Below are positions 31,335-46,821 of a stretch of 64,000 nt of DNA, piece after piece. Each line of letters begins with the position of its first letter. Positions within the stretch are counted from its first letter, which is position 1. Origin of the DNA: an uncultured Thermoleophilia bacterium (GTDB lineage: Bacteria; Actinomycetota; Thermoleophilia; Gaiellales; Gaiellaceae); assembly GCA_963812995.1 (NCBI GenBank), contig CAWEXL010000005.1, forward strand, positions 204,747-268,746. The letters are read 5' to 3'. Position numbers and translations under genes: made by a program. A model generated the notes under the pieces. It saw only the letters and a program-made list of their open reading frames with translations. It ran no database searches and had not been told where the DNA came from.

Positions 31335-32275
31335 CACTCGGTCTCCTGGAAGCTGTTCCAGACGAAGATGATCATCGGGACGAGCGAGATCGTGAGCAGC
31401 ACGACTGCGATCGCCGAGCCGTAGCCGATCCGGCTGGCCTCGCTGATGATGTTGTTCGTGATCAGCACCGAGAGCAGCTCGAGCCCGTTGGTGCCGCCGT
31501 TGATGATGTAGACGATGTCGAACGCGCGGAGCGACTCGATCACCGTGATCACGACCAGCACGATGTTGATCGGCTTCAGCGCCGGCAGCACGACCTTGAA
31601 GAACGCGCGCGTCTCGCTGGCCCCGTCGATCGCCGCGGCTTCGCGCAGTCCCGGGTCGAGGGCCTTCAGACCGGCGAGGTAGATGATCATCACGTAGCTG
31701 GCGTGGCGCCAGCACGCGAAAACGAGAACCATTGGCAGGTTGAGCTGCGGGTTGCCCAGCCAGTCGATCAGGTGGCCGTGCTGCGGGTCTTCGAAGAGGG
31801 CGTTGAGCAGACCCTGGGTCGGCGAGAGGTATAGCTCGGCGATCAGGCCGATCACGGCAGGCGCGATCACGACGGGCACGTAGAGAAGGCTCTGGTAGAT
31901 GCGTGAGCCCTTGAGGTTCTTGTCGAGCTGGTAGGCGAGCAGCATCCCGAACGGCGTTCCCACGAAGGCGAGCGCGCCGAGCCATTCGAGGTTGTGCTCG
32001 AGGGCCGGCCAGAACGGCGGATAGATCGTCGCGATCTGGCGGTAGTTCGTGGTGCCGATCCAGTGGATCGTGTGCAGGCCGCCGATCCCGTCCCAGCTCG
32101 TGAACGAGAGCAGGATCGAGCAGATCGTCGGGAACCAGACCAGCCCGCCCGTAAAAAGGACGGGGATCCCGACCATGAAAGCGACCGCGACGCGGTCGGC
32201 ACCGGAGAGTCGGACGGCGCGCTTCCTGTGCCGCGCGCCGTCCGATCTCACGCTCGCTGCGATGTCGGTCGCCAT
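31334..32275 (-). CDS. Carbohydrate ABC transporter permease (MalF-like)
   Basis: Intact 313 aa with an EAA loop (LREAAAIDGASETRAFFKVVLP). Confidence 0.88.
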   Translation of the reverse strand: MATDIAASVRSDGARHRKRAVRLSGADRVAVAFMVGIPVLFTGGLVWFPTICSILLSFTSWDGIGGLHTIHWIGTTNYRQIATIYPPFWPALEHNLEWLGALAFVGTPFGMLLAYQLDKNLKGSRIYQSLLYVPVVIAPAVIGLIAELYLSPTQGLLNALFEDPQHGHLIDWLGNPQLNLPMVLVFACWRHASYVMIIYLAGLKALDPGLREAAAIDGASETRAFFKVVLPALKPINIVLVVITVIESLRAFDIVYIINGGTNGLELLSVLITNNIISEASRIGYGSAIAVVLLTISLVPMIIFVWNSFQETE

Positions 32276-32293
32276 CGCGTCGAGGCTACAAGC

Positions 32294-33622
32294 TCACGAT
32301 CCGAAGATCGCCTTCTTCTGCTTCTGGATGCTCTTGACGAGCCCCGCGACGTCGCTGGGCTTGTTCAGGAACGTCTGGAGCGACGGGATCATCACCGTGG
32401 TCGCGAAGTCGGGCCGCGTGTCGCGGTCCATGTACTGCGCGATGTGCTTGGTGGACGCGATGAGCGCCGCTTCCTTCTTCTGCAGCGGCGTGTACGCGCC
32501 CTTGTTGGCATGGACGTTCACGGCCAGGTCGCCCTGGTTGATCGGGAGGTAGATGTTGATCGCCTGCGCCGTGCCGAAGTAGCCGATGAGCTTCTTCGCG
32601 CCGGCCAGGTTCTTTGGCTTCTTCGAGAGCATGTAGCCGTCGATCGGGGCGTCGATCGAGTCCTGGCCCCACTTCGAGTTGATCTCCGGGAACGGGAAGA
32701 AGTCGACATCACCCTGGTTGGCGGCCTTGAAGTTGCTGACCACGAACCCGCCGAGCAGGAACATGCCCGCCTGCTTGTTCTCGAGCTGCGTCGCGCCGTC
32801 CTGCCACGTGAGCCCGAGCGCACCGGCCGAGTAGTACGGGAGCAGCTCCGCCCACTGGTTGAAGACTGCCTTCACCTGCGGGGTGTCCCACGACTCCTTG
32901 CCGGCCATCAGGTCGACATGGAACTGGTACCCGTTGATGCGCATGTTGAGGATGTCGAAGGTGCCCATCGCCGGCCAGCCGTCCTTGTCGGTGAAGGCAA
33001 TCGGCGTCAAGCCGTCTGTCTGCATCTTCTTGGCCAGCGCGATGTACTGGTCCCACGTCTTGGGAACGGTGTACCCCTTCTCCTTCCACAGGCTCTTCCG
33101 GTAGTACACGGCCCACGGATAGTTCTTGTTCGGGACCAGGTACTGGTGACCGTCGAGCCCCGTCGAGGCGGCCTTGATCGACGGCGGCATCTGCGGCGAC
33201 AGCGCCTTCCAGACGTCGTCGATCGGCGTGGCCAGACCCTTCGCCGCGAAGAACTGCATGCGGTAGCCGGCGAACCACGTGAAGACGTCGTCCGGATGAC
33301 CCTGCAGGTAGCTGTTGATCTGGTTCTGGAACGTGTTGTGGTCGACCGTGTTGGTCTTGACGCCGATTCCGGTGTTCGCGGTGAACTTCTTCGTCACCGC
33401 GGCGAGGGCCTTGATCCCCGGGCCGGTCTCGTACGAGCCGAGCGTGACCGTGCCGGCACCGAGCGTCTCTCTGAGCGATTCGGGAACAGCTCCGCTCGCA
33501 CGGGCCGCACCGAGCCCGTACATCGCGGCGACTCCGCCGGCACCCGTTGCGAGTAGCCCGCGCCGGGTCAATTGCTTTCTGCCGACCTCCGACTCGTTGG
33601 TCGACGTGCCTTCGTCCGACAT
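32294..33622 (-). CDS. Carbohydrate ABC transporter substrate-binding protein (Tat-type signal)
   Basis: Intact 442 aa. It has an RRGLLATGAGGVAAMYGLGAARA twin-arginine signal and an SBP family-1 body. The ATG is preceded by GAGGAGG. Confidence 0.88.
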   Translation of the reverse strand: MSDEGTSTNESEVGRKQLTRRGLLATGAGGVAAMYGLGAARASGAVPESLRETLGAGTVTLGSYETGPGIKALAAVTKKFTANTGIGVKTNTVDHNTFQNQINSYLQGHPDDVFTWFAGYRMQFFAAKGLATPIDDVWKALSPQMPPSIKAASTGLDGHQYLVPNKNYPWAVYYRKSLWKEKGYTVPKTWDQYIALAKKMQTDGLTPIAFTDKDGWPAMGTFDILNMRINGYQFHVDLMAGKESWDTPQVKAVFNQWAELLPYYSAGALGLTWQDGATQLENKQAGMFLLGGFVVSNFKAANQGDVDFFPFPEINSKWGQDSIDAPIDGYMLSKKPKNLAGAKKLIGYFGTAQAINIYLPINQGDLAVNVHANKGAYTPLQKKEAALIASTKHIAQYMDRDTRPDFATTVMIPSLQTFLNKPSDVAGLVKSIQKQKKAIFGS

Positions 33623-33696
33623 TGAGATCCTCCTCGGGGTCTCTGGCGAGGCGCGACCGGGCTCTCAGAACAGAACACGATCGCTCAAGAACGACT

Positions 33697-33722
33697 AAAC
33701 GGGAACATGGCATGTTTCGTTT
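33697..33722. promoter_or_regulatory. Imperfect palindrome, candidate DeoR operator in the divergent SBP/DeoR promoter region
   Basis: The sequence is AAACGGGAACATG-G-CATGTTTCGTTT, with a perfect core AACATG-G-CATGTT (33704-33716). It directly adjoins a TTGACA (minus strand, 33733-33728) that faces the SBP operon. Confidence 0.35.
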
Positions 33723-33852
33723 GCTTTTGTCAAGGCTGCGAGGGAATATCTGGCCGGATGGTGAACGTATTCAGCGAATTTGGTGTTGATCTGCTTGACT
33801 CTTGCCGTTCGGTAGCGTTGAGTATTGTGCGAATCTACGACCGCGAGAATCG

Positions 33853-34655
33853 ATGCTTGCCGCCCAACGCCAGAAGCTGATCGTCGATGAGATCCGCCGT
33901 GAAGGCGGCGTCCGCGTGAGCGAGCTCACAGGCCTTCTGGCCGTCTCGGAGATGACGATTCGCCGGGACATCGACGTGCTCGCCGCGGCGGGCCTCGTCG
34001 AGAAGGTGCACGGCGGCGCGACCGTGCGCGGCGGTCTCAGCGCGGAGGAGCCGGGGTTCGAGGCCAAGTCGCACCGGCAGCTCAGCGAGAAGGAAGCGAT
34101 CTCACGCGCGGCGAGCCGGCTCGTCGAGCCGGGTCAGGCGATCGGCCTCTCCGCCGGCACGACGACCTGGCGCCTCGCCCACCATCTGGCCGACATCCCC
34201 GACCTGACGGTCGTCACGAACTCGATCCAGGTCGCCGACGTCCTGCACCGCGCCGCGCGGCACGACCTGACCGTGGTGCTGACCGGCGGCGTGCGCACCC
34301 CCTCGGACGCGCTGGTCGGGCCGATCGCCGTCAACGCGATCCGCTCGCTGCACCTCGACGTGCTGTTCCTCGGCGTGCACGGCATCACCGCCGACGCAGG
34401 CCTGACGACACCCAACCTGCTGGAGGCCGAGACCGACCGCGCGCTCGTCGCCGCGTCGGAACGCCTCGTCGTGGTCGCCGACCACGTGAAGTGGGGCGTC
34501 CGCGGTCTCAGTCGCATCGCGGGACTCGAGGACGTCGATGTCTTCGTCACCGATCCCGGGTTGCCGGCGCAGGCGCGCGAGACGATCAAGGAGCACGTAG
34601 ACCGGCTCGTGATCGCCCCCAAGGGGCAAGGCGCGTCCGCCCGGCACGGTGCGGC

Positions 34656-34659
<4 letters not shown>
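33853..34659 (+). CDS. DeoR family transcriptional regulator
   Basis: It has an N-terminal wHTH (QRQKLIVDEIRREGGVRVSELTGLLAVSEMTIRRDIDVL) and a C-terminal DeoR sugar-phosphate sensor domain (DVLFLGVHGI...). Confidence 0.88.
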
Positions 34660-39474
<4,815 letters not shown>

Positions 39475-39475
<1 letters not shown>

Positions 39476-39954
39476 TGCAGATCGAGCCCGACCACTTCCG
39501 CAACGTTCTCGGTCATCTGCCGACCGGCGTGACGGTGATCACCGCGTACACACCTGCGGCGGCCCGGCGGCATGTCGGCCAATTCGCTGACGTCGGTGTC
39601 GCTCGACCCGCCGCTGCTCCTCGTCTGCCCGGCCAAGAGCTCGGAGACGTGGCCTGCGATCCGCGAAGGCGGGAAGTTCTGCGTCAACGTGATGGCCAGC
39701 CACCACGAGCCGACCGTGCGCAGGTTCGCGGTGCGCGGCGTCGACCGCTTCGAGGGCTCGAGCTACCACGACCGCAGCTCCGGCCCGGCACTCGACGACG
39801 CGATCGCGTGGATCGACTGTGAGCTGCTGCACGAGCACGACGCCGGCGACCACACGATCGCCGTGTGCGCCGTGATTGGACTGGAGAACGCGGCTGAGGG
39901 CGAGCCGCTCGTGTTCTTCCGCGGCCGCTACGGCACGTTCGCCAGTACTTGTAG
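39475..39954 (+). pseudogene. Flavin reductase-like (FMN-binding split-barrel) protein, frame switch near 39565; both ends uncertain
   Basis: FRNVLGHLPTGVTVITA lies in one frame. MSANSLTSVSLDPPLLLVC...GDHTIAVCAV...PLVFFRGRYG lies in another. The formal ORF runs on to 40051, and a TAG at 39952-39954 is reachable only after one more shift. Confidence 0.65.
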
Positions 39955-40792
39955 AAGCCCTCGCCGGACTTGCGGCCGAGCTTGCCCGCGCGCGTCATGC
40001 GGACGAGCCGCGGCGGCGGTGCCATGCGCGGTTCGGCGAGTCTGCTCGTAGAGCGCCTCGGACGCGTGCACATGGATGTCGAGCCCGATCAGGTCGGCGA
40101 GCGCGGCCGGGCCCATCGGCCAGCCGGCGCCGTAGCGCATCGCCGTGTCGAGATCCTCGACGGTGATGCCCGCCTCGTCGATGACGCGGATGCAGTCGTT
40201 GAGCAGCGGGATCAGGATGCGGTTGACGATGAAGCCGGGCGTGTCGAGACAGCGGACCGGCTTCTTGCCGATGCGCTCGGCGAAGGCGAATGCCGCGTCG
40301 ACCGACTGCTCCGTGGTTCGCTCGGCGCGCACGATCTCAACCAGGGGCATCAACGGAGCCGGGTTGAAGAAGTGCATGCCGACGATCCGTCCGGGATGCT
40401 CGGCAACAGCCGCGACCTCTGTCACCGAGAGCGCGGACGTGTTCGTGGCCAGGATCGCGTCGGGCCGTGTCGCGGCTTCGAGCTCACGGAAGAGCTCGCT
40501 GCTTGACCGCGAGATCCTCGAAGACCGCTTCGATCACGAGGTCGCAATCAGCCAGGTCGCAGATCTCGGTCGTCACGGTCAGCAACGCCGCAGCCCGGGC
40601 GCGGCCGTCGGCGTCGAGTTGCCCTTTCTCGACGCGCTTGTCGAGGAACGCCTCGATGCGCGACCGGCCCTGATCGCCGAGCTCGGCCGTCACGTCACGC
40701 GCGACCGTCTCGACACCCGCCTCGAGGCAGATCTGCGCGATGCCGGCACCCATCGTGCCGAGCCCGACCACACCGACCTTCTCGATCGTCAT
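39928..40792 (-). pseudogene. 3-hydroxyacyl-CoA (3-hydroxybutyryl-CoA) dehydrogenase, 2-3 frame switches
   Basis: Motifs: VGVVGLGTMGAGIAQ (NAD fold); ILATNTSALSV, GMHFFNPAPLMPLVEIV, GFIVNRIL and MGPAALADLIGLD. The tail LVRMTRAGKLGRKSGEGFYKY lies in a third frame. Breaks are near 40495 and 40030. Confidence 0.8.
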
Positions 40793-40817
40793 CTCGCTCC
40801 TTCGCGTCTCGTGGGTG

Positions 40818-41570
40818 TCAGCGCGGCGCCATGCGGAGCGCGCCGTCGAGCCGGATCACTTCGCCGTTCAGCATCTGGTTCTCGACGATGTGCATCGCCA
40901 GCGCGGCGTACTCCCGAGGCTCGCCGAGCCGGCCGGGTGCGGGAACGGCCAGCGCCAGACTGGCCCGGGCCTCTTCGGGCAGCGCCGCGAGCAGCGGGGT
41001 GTCGAAGGTGCCGGGCGCGATCGTCATGCAGCGGATCAGCGAACGGGCGAGATCGCGCGCAAGCGGCAGGGTCAGGCCGACGATGCCGCCCTTCGATGCC
41101 GCGTACGCGGTCTGCCCCATCTGGCCGTCGAACGCGGCGATCGAGGCCGTGTTGACGATCACACCCCGCTCGCCGTCGACCGGCTCGTTCTTCTGCATCG
41201 AAACGGCAGCCAGGCGGATCACGTTGAACGTCCCGACCAGGTTGATGTCGATCACCCGTTGGAAGCGCTCGAGCTCCATCGCCTCGCCACCGCGGGCGAC
41301 GAGGCCGGCGTCGCCGATGCCGGCGCAGTTGACGAGGATGCGCAGCGGGCCGAGGCTCTGAGCCAGGGCGACAACGGCTGCGACCCCGTCCGGGTCGCGC
41401 ACGTCGGCCGGCGCGCGGTGCAGGCCGGTGTCGTCGCCGAGCCCTTCGAGCGCCCGCTGCAGGTCGAGCACGATGACAGTTGCGCCGCGCGCCTGCAGCG
41501 CCTCGGCAGTCGCGCGACCCAGACCCGAGGCTCCACCGGTGACCAGCGCGACGACGCCGTCGGGATTCAT
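40818..41570 (-). CDS. SDR family 3-hydroxyacyl-CoA dehydrogenase (type-2 / HSD17B10-like)
   Basis: The ATG at 41570 gives [22 protein letters not shown] (TGxxxGxG). It also has [23 protein letters not shown] (YxxxK) and RLGEPREYA. The long upstream part of the track ORF is an antisense artefact. Confidence 0.85.
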   Translation of the reverse strand: MNPDGVVALVTGGASGLGRATAEALQARGATVIVLDLQRALEGLGDDTGLHRAPADVRDPDGVAAVVALAQSLGPLRILVNCAGIGDAGLVARGGEAMELERFQRVIDINLVGTFNVIRLAAVSMQKNEPVDGERGVIVNTASIAAFDGQMGQTAYAASKGGIVGLTLPLARDLARSLIRCMTIAPGTFDTPLLAALPEEARASLALAVPAPGRLGEPREYAALAMHIVENQMLNGEVIRLDGALRMAPR

Positions 41571-41639
41571 GAGGAACCTGGCTCGGGCCGCATGACGCGA
41601 GATCGTAGCCGCCGCGGGCGGCGGATACCCTGACGCTGC

Positions 41640-42386
41640 TTGAGCGCTGTTTTCCTCGTTCTCTCCTCGTTCCTGGCCAGCGCGGTCGAGATGGTCGAAG
41701 CGCTGACGATCGTGCTCGCCGCGGGCCTGGCCCGCGGCTGGCGGTCGGCGATCACGGGTGCCGCGGCTGCGGCGGTCGTGCTCGCGGTGATCGTGGCGGC
41801 GCTCGGACCGGCGCTGACGCTGATCCCGCTGAACGGCCTGCGGCTGGTCGTCGGCGGGCTGCTGCTCGCCTTCGGGCTGCAGTGGCTGCGGAAGGCGATT
41901 CTGCGCGCAAGCGGGTTCAAGGCGCTCCACGACGAGGAGGCGGCGTTCGCCCACGAGCTCGAGGAGGCGCGGGCAGCAGCCATCGAGACGCGCGCCGGGC
42001 TCGACCTGTACGGATTCGTACTGGCGTTCAAGGGCGTTCTGCTCGAGGGGCTCGAGGTGGCGTTCATCGTGCTGACCTTCGGGAGCACCCAGGGGAGCAT
42101 CCCGCTCGCGGCTGCGGGCGCGGCGGCGGCGCTGGTTGTCGTGGCGGGCGTGGGGCTGCTCGTTCGCGCCCCGCTCGCGAGGGTGCCCGAAAACACCGTC
42201 AAGTTCGCCGTCGGCGTGATGCTCACCACGTTCGGCACGTTCTGGGCAGCCGAAGGAGCAGGGGCCGACTGGCCCGGCTCCGACGTGGCGATTCTCGGGG
42301 TGCTGGCGTTCGTGATCGCGGTCTCGGCCGGGCTTGTCGCCCTGCTCCGCCGGCGCTCGCCCGAGCCCGCAGTAGTGGCCGCCTGA
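41640..42386 (+). CDS. Integral membrane protein, internally duplicated (COG4280-like), function unknown
   Basis: Intact 248 aa starting at TTG. It has two halves, each with an acidic helix ([12 protein letters not shown] / [12 protein letters not shown]). Confidence 0.6.
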   Translation: MSAVFLVLSSFLASAVEMVEALTIVLAAGLARGWRSAITGAAAAAVVLAVIVAALGPALTLIPLNGLRLVVGGLLLAFGLQWLRKAILRASGFKALHDEEAAFAHELEEARAAAIETRAGLDLYGFVLAFKGVLLEGLEVAFIVLTFGSTQGSIPLAAAGAAAALVVVAGVGLLVRAPLARVPENTVKFAVGVMLTTFGTFWAAEGAGADWPGSDVAILGVLAFVIAVSAGLVALLRRRSPEPAVVAA

Positions 42387-42601
42387 TGAAGTGGCTCGTG
42401 ACATTTGGGCGGTTCTGGTGGGAATTCGTGGTGGGCGACGACTGGCGCGCCGCCGCGGGCGTCGTCGCCGGGATCGCGCTGACCGCCGGAATCGCGGCCG
42501 CGGGAGCCGCCGCCTGGTGGGTGCTGCCGGTCGCAGTGGCCGGAATCCTCTACCTCTCGCTGCGTCGCGCAACCCGGCCGAACAGGCCCGAAGTGCGCTA
42601 G
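42386..42601 (+). CDS. Small membrane protein (71 aa), hypothetical
   Basis: The ATG overlaps the upstream TGA (ATGA). The translation is [57 protein letters not shown]. Confidence 0.5.
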   Translation: MKWLVTFGRFWWEFVVGDDWRAAAGVVAGIALTAGIAAAGAAAWWVLPVAVAGILYLSLRRATRPNRPEVR

Positions 42602-42614
42602 CCTCGACGGCGGC

Positions 42615-43547
42615 TTGGACACACCGCTCCCGATCGCGACCGTCCGCCCGAGCACGGGCCGGCTCAGCCAGGTGGTTACCGTGATCGCCGTCGTGGTACC
42701 GCCGCTCGCGCTTCTCTCCGCGATGGGCGTGCTGTGGGGCATCGCGTTCCACACGGTCGATCTGCTTCTGTTCCTCGTCTTCTACGTGCTGTGCGCGTTC
42801 GGGACGACGATCGGCTTCCACCGCTACTTCACCCACCGCGGCTTCGAGGCGAAGCAGCCGGTGAAGATCGCGCTCGGCGTGCTGGGCTGCATGACGATGC
42901 AGGGCCCGATCACGCAGTGGGTCACCGACCACCGGAAGCATCACGCGTTCTCGGACAAGCCGGGCGACCCCCATTCGCCCCACGTCGGCCACGATGAGGG
43001 TGGCGTGTGGGGCATGGCGCGCGGCTTCGTCCACGCCCATGTCGGGTGGATGTTCAGCAACATGGGCATGGAGCAGGGCCGGCTGTACGGCAAGGATCTG
43101 TACGACGACCCCGTGATCCGGTGGATCGACCGCCTCTATCTGCTCTGGGTGGTGCTGACCCTCGGGCTGCCGTTCGCGCTCGGCTATCTGATCGGGGGGA
43201 CCGTCGAAGCGGGGCTGGAGGGTCTCGTCTGGGGCGGCCTGATCAGGATCTTCGCGTACCAGCACGCAACCTTCAGCGTGAACTCGATCTGCCACATGTT
43301 CGGCCGGCGGGACTACAAGTCACGAGACGAATCACGGAACAACTGGCTGGTCGCGATGCTCGTGTTCGGCGAAGGCTGGCACAACAACCATCACGCCTTC
43401 CCGACCTCCGCGCGGCACGGGTTGAAGCCGAAGCAGTGGGACATGTCGTGGCTCGTCATCCGCGGGCTCGAGCGGCTCGGGTTGGTGTGGGCTGTTCGGG
43501 TGCCTGACGAAGCGCAGCTGGCGCGTCGTCAAGAACTTGCGGCGTAA
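42615..43547 (+). CDS. Membrane fatty-acid (acyl-CoA/acyl-lipid delta-9 type) desaturase
   Basis: All three histidine boxes are present: HRYFTH, HRKHH and HNNHH. TM helices sit in the expected positions. The start is TTG in the track. Confidence 0.88.
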   Translation: MDTPLPIATVRPSTGRLSQVVTVIAVVVPPLALLSAMGVLWGIAFHTVDLLLFLVFYVLCAFGTTIGFHRYFTHRGFEAKQPVKIALGVLGCMTMQGPITQWVTDHRKHHAFSDKPGDPHSPHVGHDEGGVWGMARGFVHAHVGWMFSNMGMEQGRLYGKDLYDDPVIRWIDRLYLLWVVLTLGLPFALGYLIGGTVEAGLEGLVWGGLIRIFAYQHATFSVNSICHMFGRRDYKSRDESRNNWLVAMLVFGEGWHNNHHAFPTSARHGLKPKQWDMSWLVIRGLERLGLVWAVRVPDEAQLARRQELAA

Positions 43548-44203
43548 CGCTCGATGACTGCCGCCGCGCGGTTCGCCCACGCGCCGGCGCGAGGAAGAGG
43601 CACGAGCGCGCCCCAGGGCGCGCGAAGCGCGGCGCCGTGCACGGCGCCGGGAATCAGCTCGTAGGTGCCCGGCACCCCGAGTGCGGCTGCGCGGTCGAAG
43701 CCGCGGCGTGAGAGGACCGGGCTGACGCCGGGTACTCCCGGGAGCCAGCGGTCGAGCGTCCCGTGCAGCACGTCGAGGCGGCGGCCGACGAGGCGGCCGA
43801 GATCAAGCCGATCGGGAAGCCACGGCGCGAGGCCGAGCACGGCTTCGACCCCGGGTGCGTCGGCGGCGAGCGAGGCGACCGCGCCGCCCATCGAGAAGCC
43901 GACGAGCAGCGTTCGGGGCGCGCCCAGCTCTGCGACGGCCGCCCGGACGTCTTCCTCGCAGAGCTCGAGCCGCTTCCACGACTTGATCCGGTAGCGGACT
44001 TCGGCGAACGCGAGCGTCGGAAACCGCGGGGCGAGTCGTCCGACGAGCCACTCGAGCGTGGCGCTCCACGTCCCCTCCACCTCGGCCGCCTGACCACCGT
44101 TGGCAAGCAACACCGCCGGTGCCCCACGTGGTCCGGTCATGCGCAATTCGGCGCCGCTCGCGAGGCGGGTCGGCGCGCGATCCATGCCGGCCAGGTTAGA
44201 CAC
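43529..44203 (-). CDS. Alpha/beta hydrolase fold protein, hypothetical
   Basis: Intact 224 aa with a nucleophile elbow GFSMGG and a late GAVHG. It overlaps the desaturase 3' end by 19 nt (convergent). Confidence 0.65.
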   Translation of the reverse strand: MSNLAGMDRAPTRLASGAELRMTGPRGAPAVLLANGGQAAEVEGTWSATLEWLVGRLAPRFPTLAFAEVRYRIKSWKRLELCEEDVRAAVAELGAPRTLLVGFSMGGAVASLAADAPGVEAVLGLAPWLPDRLDLGRLVGRRLDVLHGTLDRWLPGVPGVSPVLSRRGFDRAAALGVPGTYELIPGAVHGAALRAPWGALVPLPRAGAWANRAAAVIERYAASS

Positions 44204-44439
44204 TCCACCCGCGTCGCCGTCTCGCTACGAAGGCGGCCGCAACTCCCCCGAAACCCGGCATCCCACCTGAGCTACCGACTGGCAACAGTCGGACGGGCCG
44301 CTTGAACACTACGGCGCACCCGAGGCACCGGCCAAAGGTTTTCCAAACTCGGCACACTCTCGCCGAACGTTGACCCCGGTGCCTGGCACCGGCAGTTGGC
44401 CCTAGCGGACAGTTCGCCCCTCGGTCGGGACGGGTCGGT

Positions 44440-44986
44440 TCAGCGGGCGCGGGCGGCCAGAACGTCTTCGACCTGCGTCGGGTCGAGGCCTCGCGCGGCC
44501 AGCAGGACGTACAGGTGGAAGACGAGGTCGGCGGCTTCCTCGAGCACGCGCTCGTCGGACTCGTCGAGCGCCGCGACCGTCACCTCGACTCCCTCCTCGC
44601 CGACCTTGCGCGCGCAGGCGCCGATGCCCTCGTTGAGGAGCTCTGCGGTGTAGGAGCCCTCGGGCCGGTCGAGTGCCCGCTGGGCGATCGTGCGCCAGAG
44701 CGCCGGCGCGAAGCACGAGAGCGAGCCGGTGTGGCAGCGGGCCCGGCGGGACGCACTCGAAGACAAGCGCGTCGCCGTCGCAGTCGTCGCGGATCTCCTC
44801 GACGGCCAGCGTGTTCCCGGAGGTCGCGCCTTTCCGCCAGAGCTCCTGCCGCGAGCGGCTCCAGAACCACGCCTCGCCGGTCTCGCGGGTCAGCCGCTCC
44901 GCCTCGGCGTCCATCCAGGCCAGCATCAGCACGCGACCGCTGTCGGCGTCCTGCACGATTGCCGCCCGCAGATCAGGCTGCGTCAC
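44440..44986 (-). pseudogene. hisIE: Bifunctional phosphoribosyl-AMP cyclohydrolase / phosphoribosyl-ATP pyrophosphatase, frame switch near 44750
   Basis: The HisI part is [10 protein letters not shown]...[19 protein letters not shown]...CDGDAL, continuing as CHTGSLSCF in another frame. The HisE part is SYTAELL..G....KVGEE..E...A......V..E.ADL.FHL.VLL. Confidence 0.85.
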
Positions 44987-45716
44987 GAAGCTTCACCCCC
45001 AGCGACCGCAGCTCCTCGCGCAGCGAGACGAGCCGGCTCGGATCGTCGTGCAGGATCGACGCAAGCAGCGCCGCCTGCGCGACGCCGAGCGCGTCGGCCA
45101 CGTGCTGCGCGTTCCCGGCGCCGCCCGAGGCGATCACCGGCACCTCGACCGCGGCCGCGACGGCCGCTGTCAGCTCGAGGTCGTAGCCCGGCCTGCGTCC
45201 CGTCGGCGTCGATCGACGTGAGCAGGATCTCGCCCGCGCCGCGCTCCTGCGCCTCGCGCGCCCACTCGACCGCGTTGCGCGCGGTCTCCGTCGTTCCGGC
45301 GTGCGAGCGGACGCGCCCGCCCTCGGCGTCGATCGCCACGACGACCGCCTGCGTGCCGAGACTCGCCGCCAGCTCGGTGACGAGCTCGGGCCGCGCGAGC
45401 GCCGCCGAGTTGACGGCGACCTTGTCGGCGCCCGCCTGCAGCAGCTCGTCGGCGTCGGCAACGGAGCGCACCCCGCCGCCGACGGTGAACGGGATCGCGA
45501 GCCGCTCCGCGACCCGCGCGACGAGGTCGACGAGCGTCTGCCGCCCGTCGAGCGTCGCCTTGATGTCGAGGAACACCAGCTCGTCGGCCCCGGCATCGGA
45601 ATAGGCCGCGCCGAGCTCACCGGGTCGCCCATGTCGCGCAGCCCCTGGAAGCGCACGCCCTTGACGACCCGCCCGGCGGCGACGTCGAGGCACGGGATCA
45701 GGCGGGCGAGAGGCAC
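44973..45716 (-). pseudogene. hisF: Imidazole glycerol phosphate synthase cyclase subunit, about 2 frame switches
   Basis: The GTG at 45716 is preceded by GGAGG. Motifs: [28 protein letters not shown] / ADELVFLDI...FTVGGGVRS...[11 protein letters not shown] / GYDLELT......[10 protein letters not shown]. Breaks are near 45620 and 45190. Confidence 0.85.
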
Positions 45717-46257
45717 GACACCTCCTCGAGCACGCCGGCCAGGTAGCGGGCGCCGGCGGGCCCGCTCTTCTCGGGGTGAAACTGACAGCCGATGAACGCA
45801 GGCGCGCGCGCCTCGGCGACGGCGCCTTCTGCCCACGCCGTCGCGCACGGGCGTCGCCGCCGCATACGAGTGCGCGAAGTAGAAGGCGTCGCCGAACGGC
45901 TCGACGACCGACCAGCCCATCCTCGGGACACGGCCGTCGACGCAGCCGCTCGGACCGGCCGGGCAGCAGCCCGAGCCCTTCGACGCCGCCGTCCTCGTCG
46001 CTCCACTCGAGCGCCAGCTGCAGGCCGAGGCAGATCCCGAGCACGGGCCGCCCGCGCGGCGACGCGCGCCTGCAGCGCGGCGTCATGGCCGCGCGCGCGC
46101 AGGCCCGCCATCGCGGTCTTCGCCGAGCCGACGCCCGGGAAGAACCGCGAGATCCGCGCCCGCCACGTCGTCGGTGAGCTCGGCGCCGAGGCGCGTCGAG
46201 CGCGAGCGCGACCGAGCGCACGTTGCCGGCGCCGTACTCGCAGATCGCGACCTTCAC
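45698..46257 (-). pseudogene. hisH: Imidazole glycerol phosphate synthase glutamine amidotransferase subunit, about 4 frame switches
   Basis: Fragments [32 protein letters not shown] (nucleophile Cys), FYFAHSY and [13 protein letters not shown] lie in three different frames. Confidence 0.8.
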
Positions 46258-46821
46258 AGCAGACCCTTCGTCGACGGCAGCCCTTCGCCCTCGCGGCGCA
46301 CGGCCACCCGCAGCGCGCGGCCGACCGCCTTGAACGCCGCCTCGGCGACGTGGTGTGCCGTCGCGGCCCGTCGCCTCGACATGGATCGCCGCGCGCGCGG
46401 ACTGGGCGAGGCTCTAGAGCATGTGGCCGGCCAGCCCTGGGTCGTGCTCGAGCTGCAGCTCGGTGTGTGGCCGCCCGCCGAGATCGACCGCGGCGCGCGC
46501 GAGTGCGTCGTCCATCGGCACGACGGCATCGCCGTACCGCGCAATGCCGCGGCGGTCGCCGAGCGCCTGGTCGAGTGCCTGTCCGAGCGCGATCGCCGCA
46601 TCCTCGGCCGTGTGGTGATCGCCGGTCTCCAGATCGCCGGCGCCTTCGAGGACGAGGTCGAACCCGGCGTGGAACGCGAGCTGCTCGAGGAAGTGGTCGT
46701 AGAGGCCGGCGCCGGTCTCGACCCGAACCCGCGAGGCGCCGTCCAGAGCGAGCCGCACCGCGAGCCGCGTCTCGGCGGTGGCGCGCAACACCCGCGCGCT
46801 GACGTCCGCCCTGCGCCGCAA
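46254..46821 (-). pseudogene. hisB: Imidazoleglycerol-phosphate dehydratase, at least one frame switch; start approximate
   Basis: R.TAETRLAVRLALDG...ETG.GLYDHFLEQLAFHAGFDL...GDLETGDHHT.ED.AIALG lies in one frame. HVEA.G....H.AEAAFKA.GRALR...EGEGLPSTKG lies in another (break near 46415). Confidence 0.8.

Noticed and set aside
41571-43295. Upstream 575 codons of the 825-aa track ORF 40818..43295
   Set aside because: It is antisense to the membrane-protein and desaturase genes. The real SDR starts at the ATG at 41570, with the TGxxxGxG motif at its N-terminus.
44204-44439. Possible tRNA (minus strand shows GGTAGCTCAGGTGG- and GTGCCGAGTTTGG-like strings)
   Set aside because: I could not build a cloverleaf. 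There is no complementary D-stem, no GTTCRANYC T-loop, and no acceptor stem pairing.
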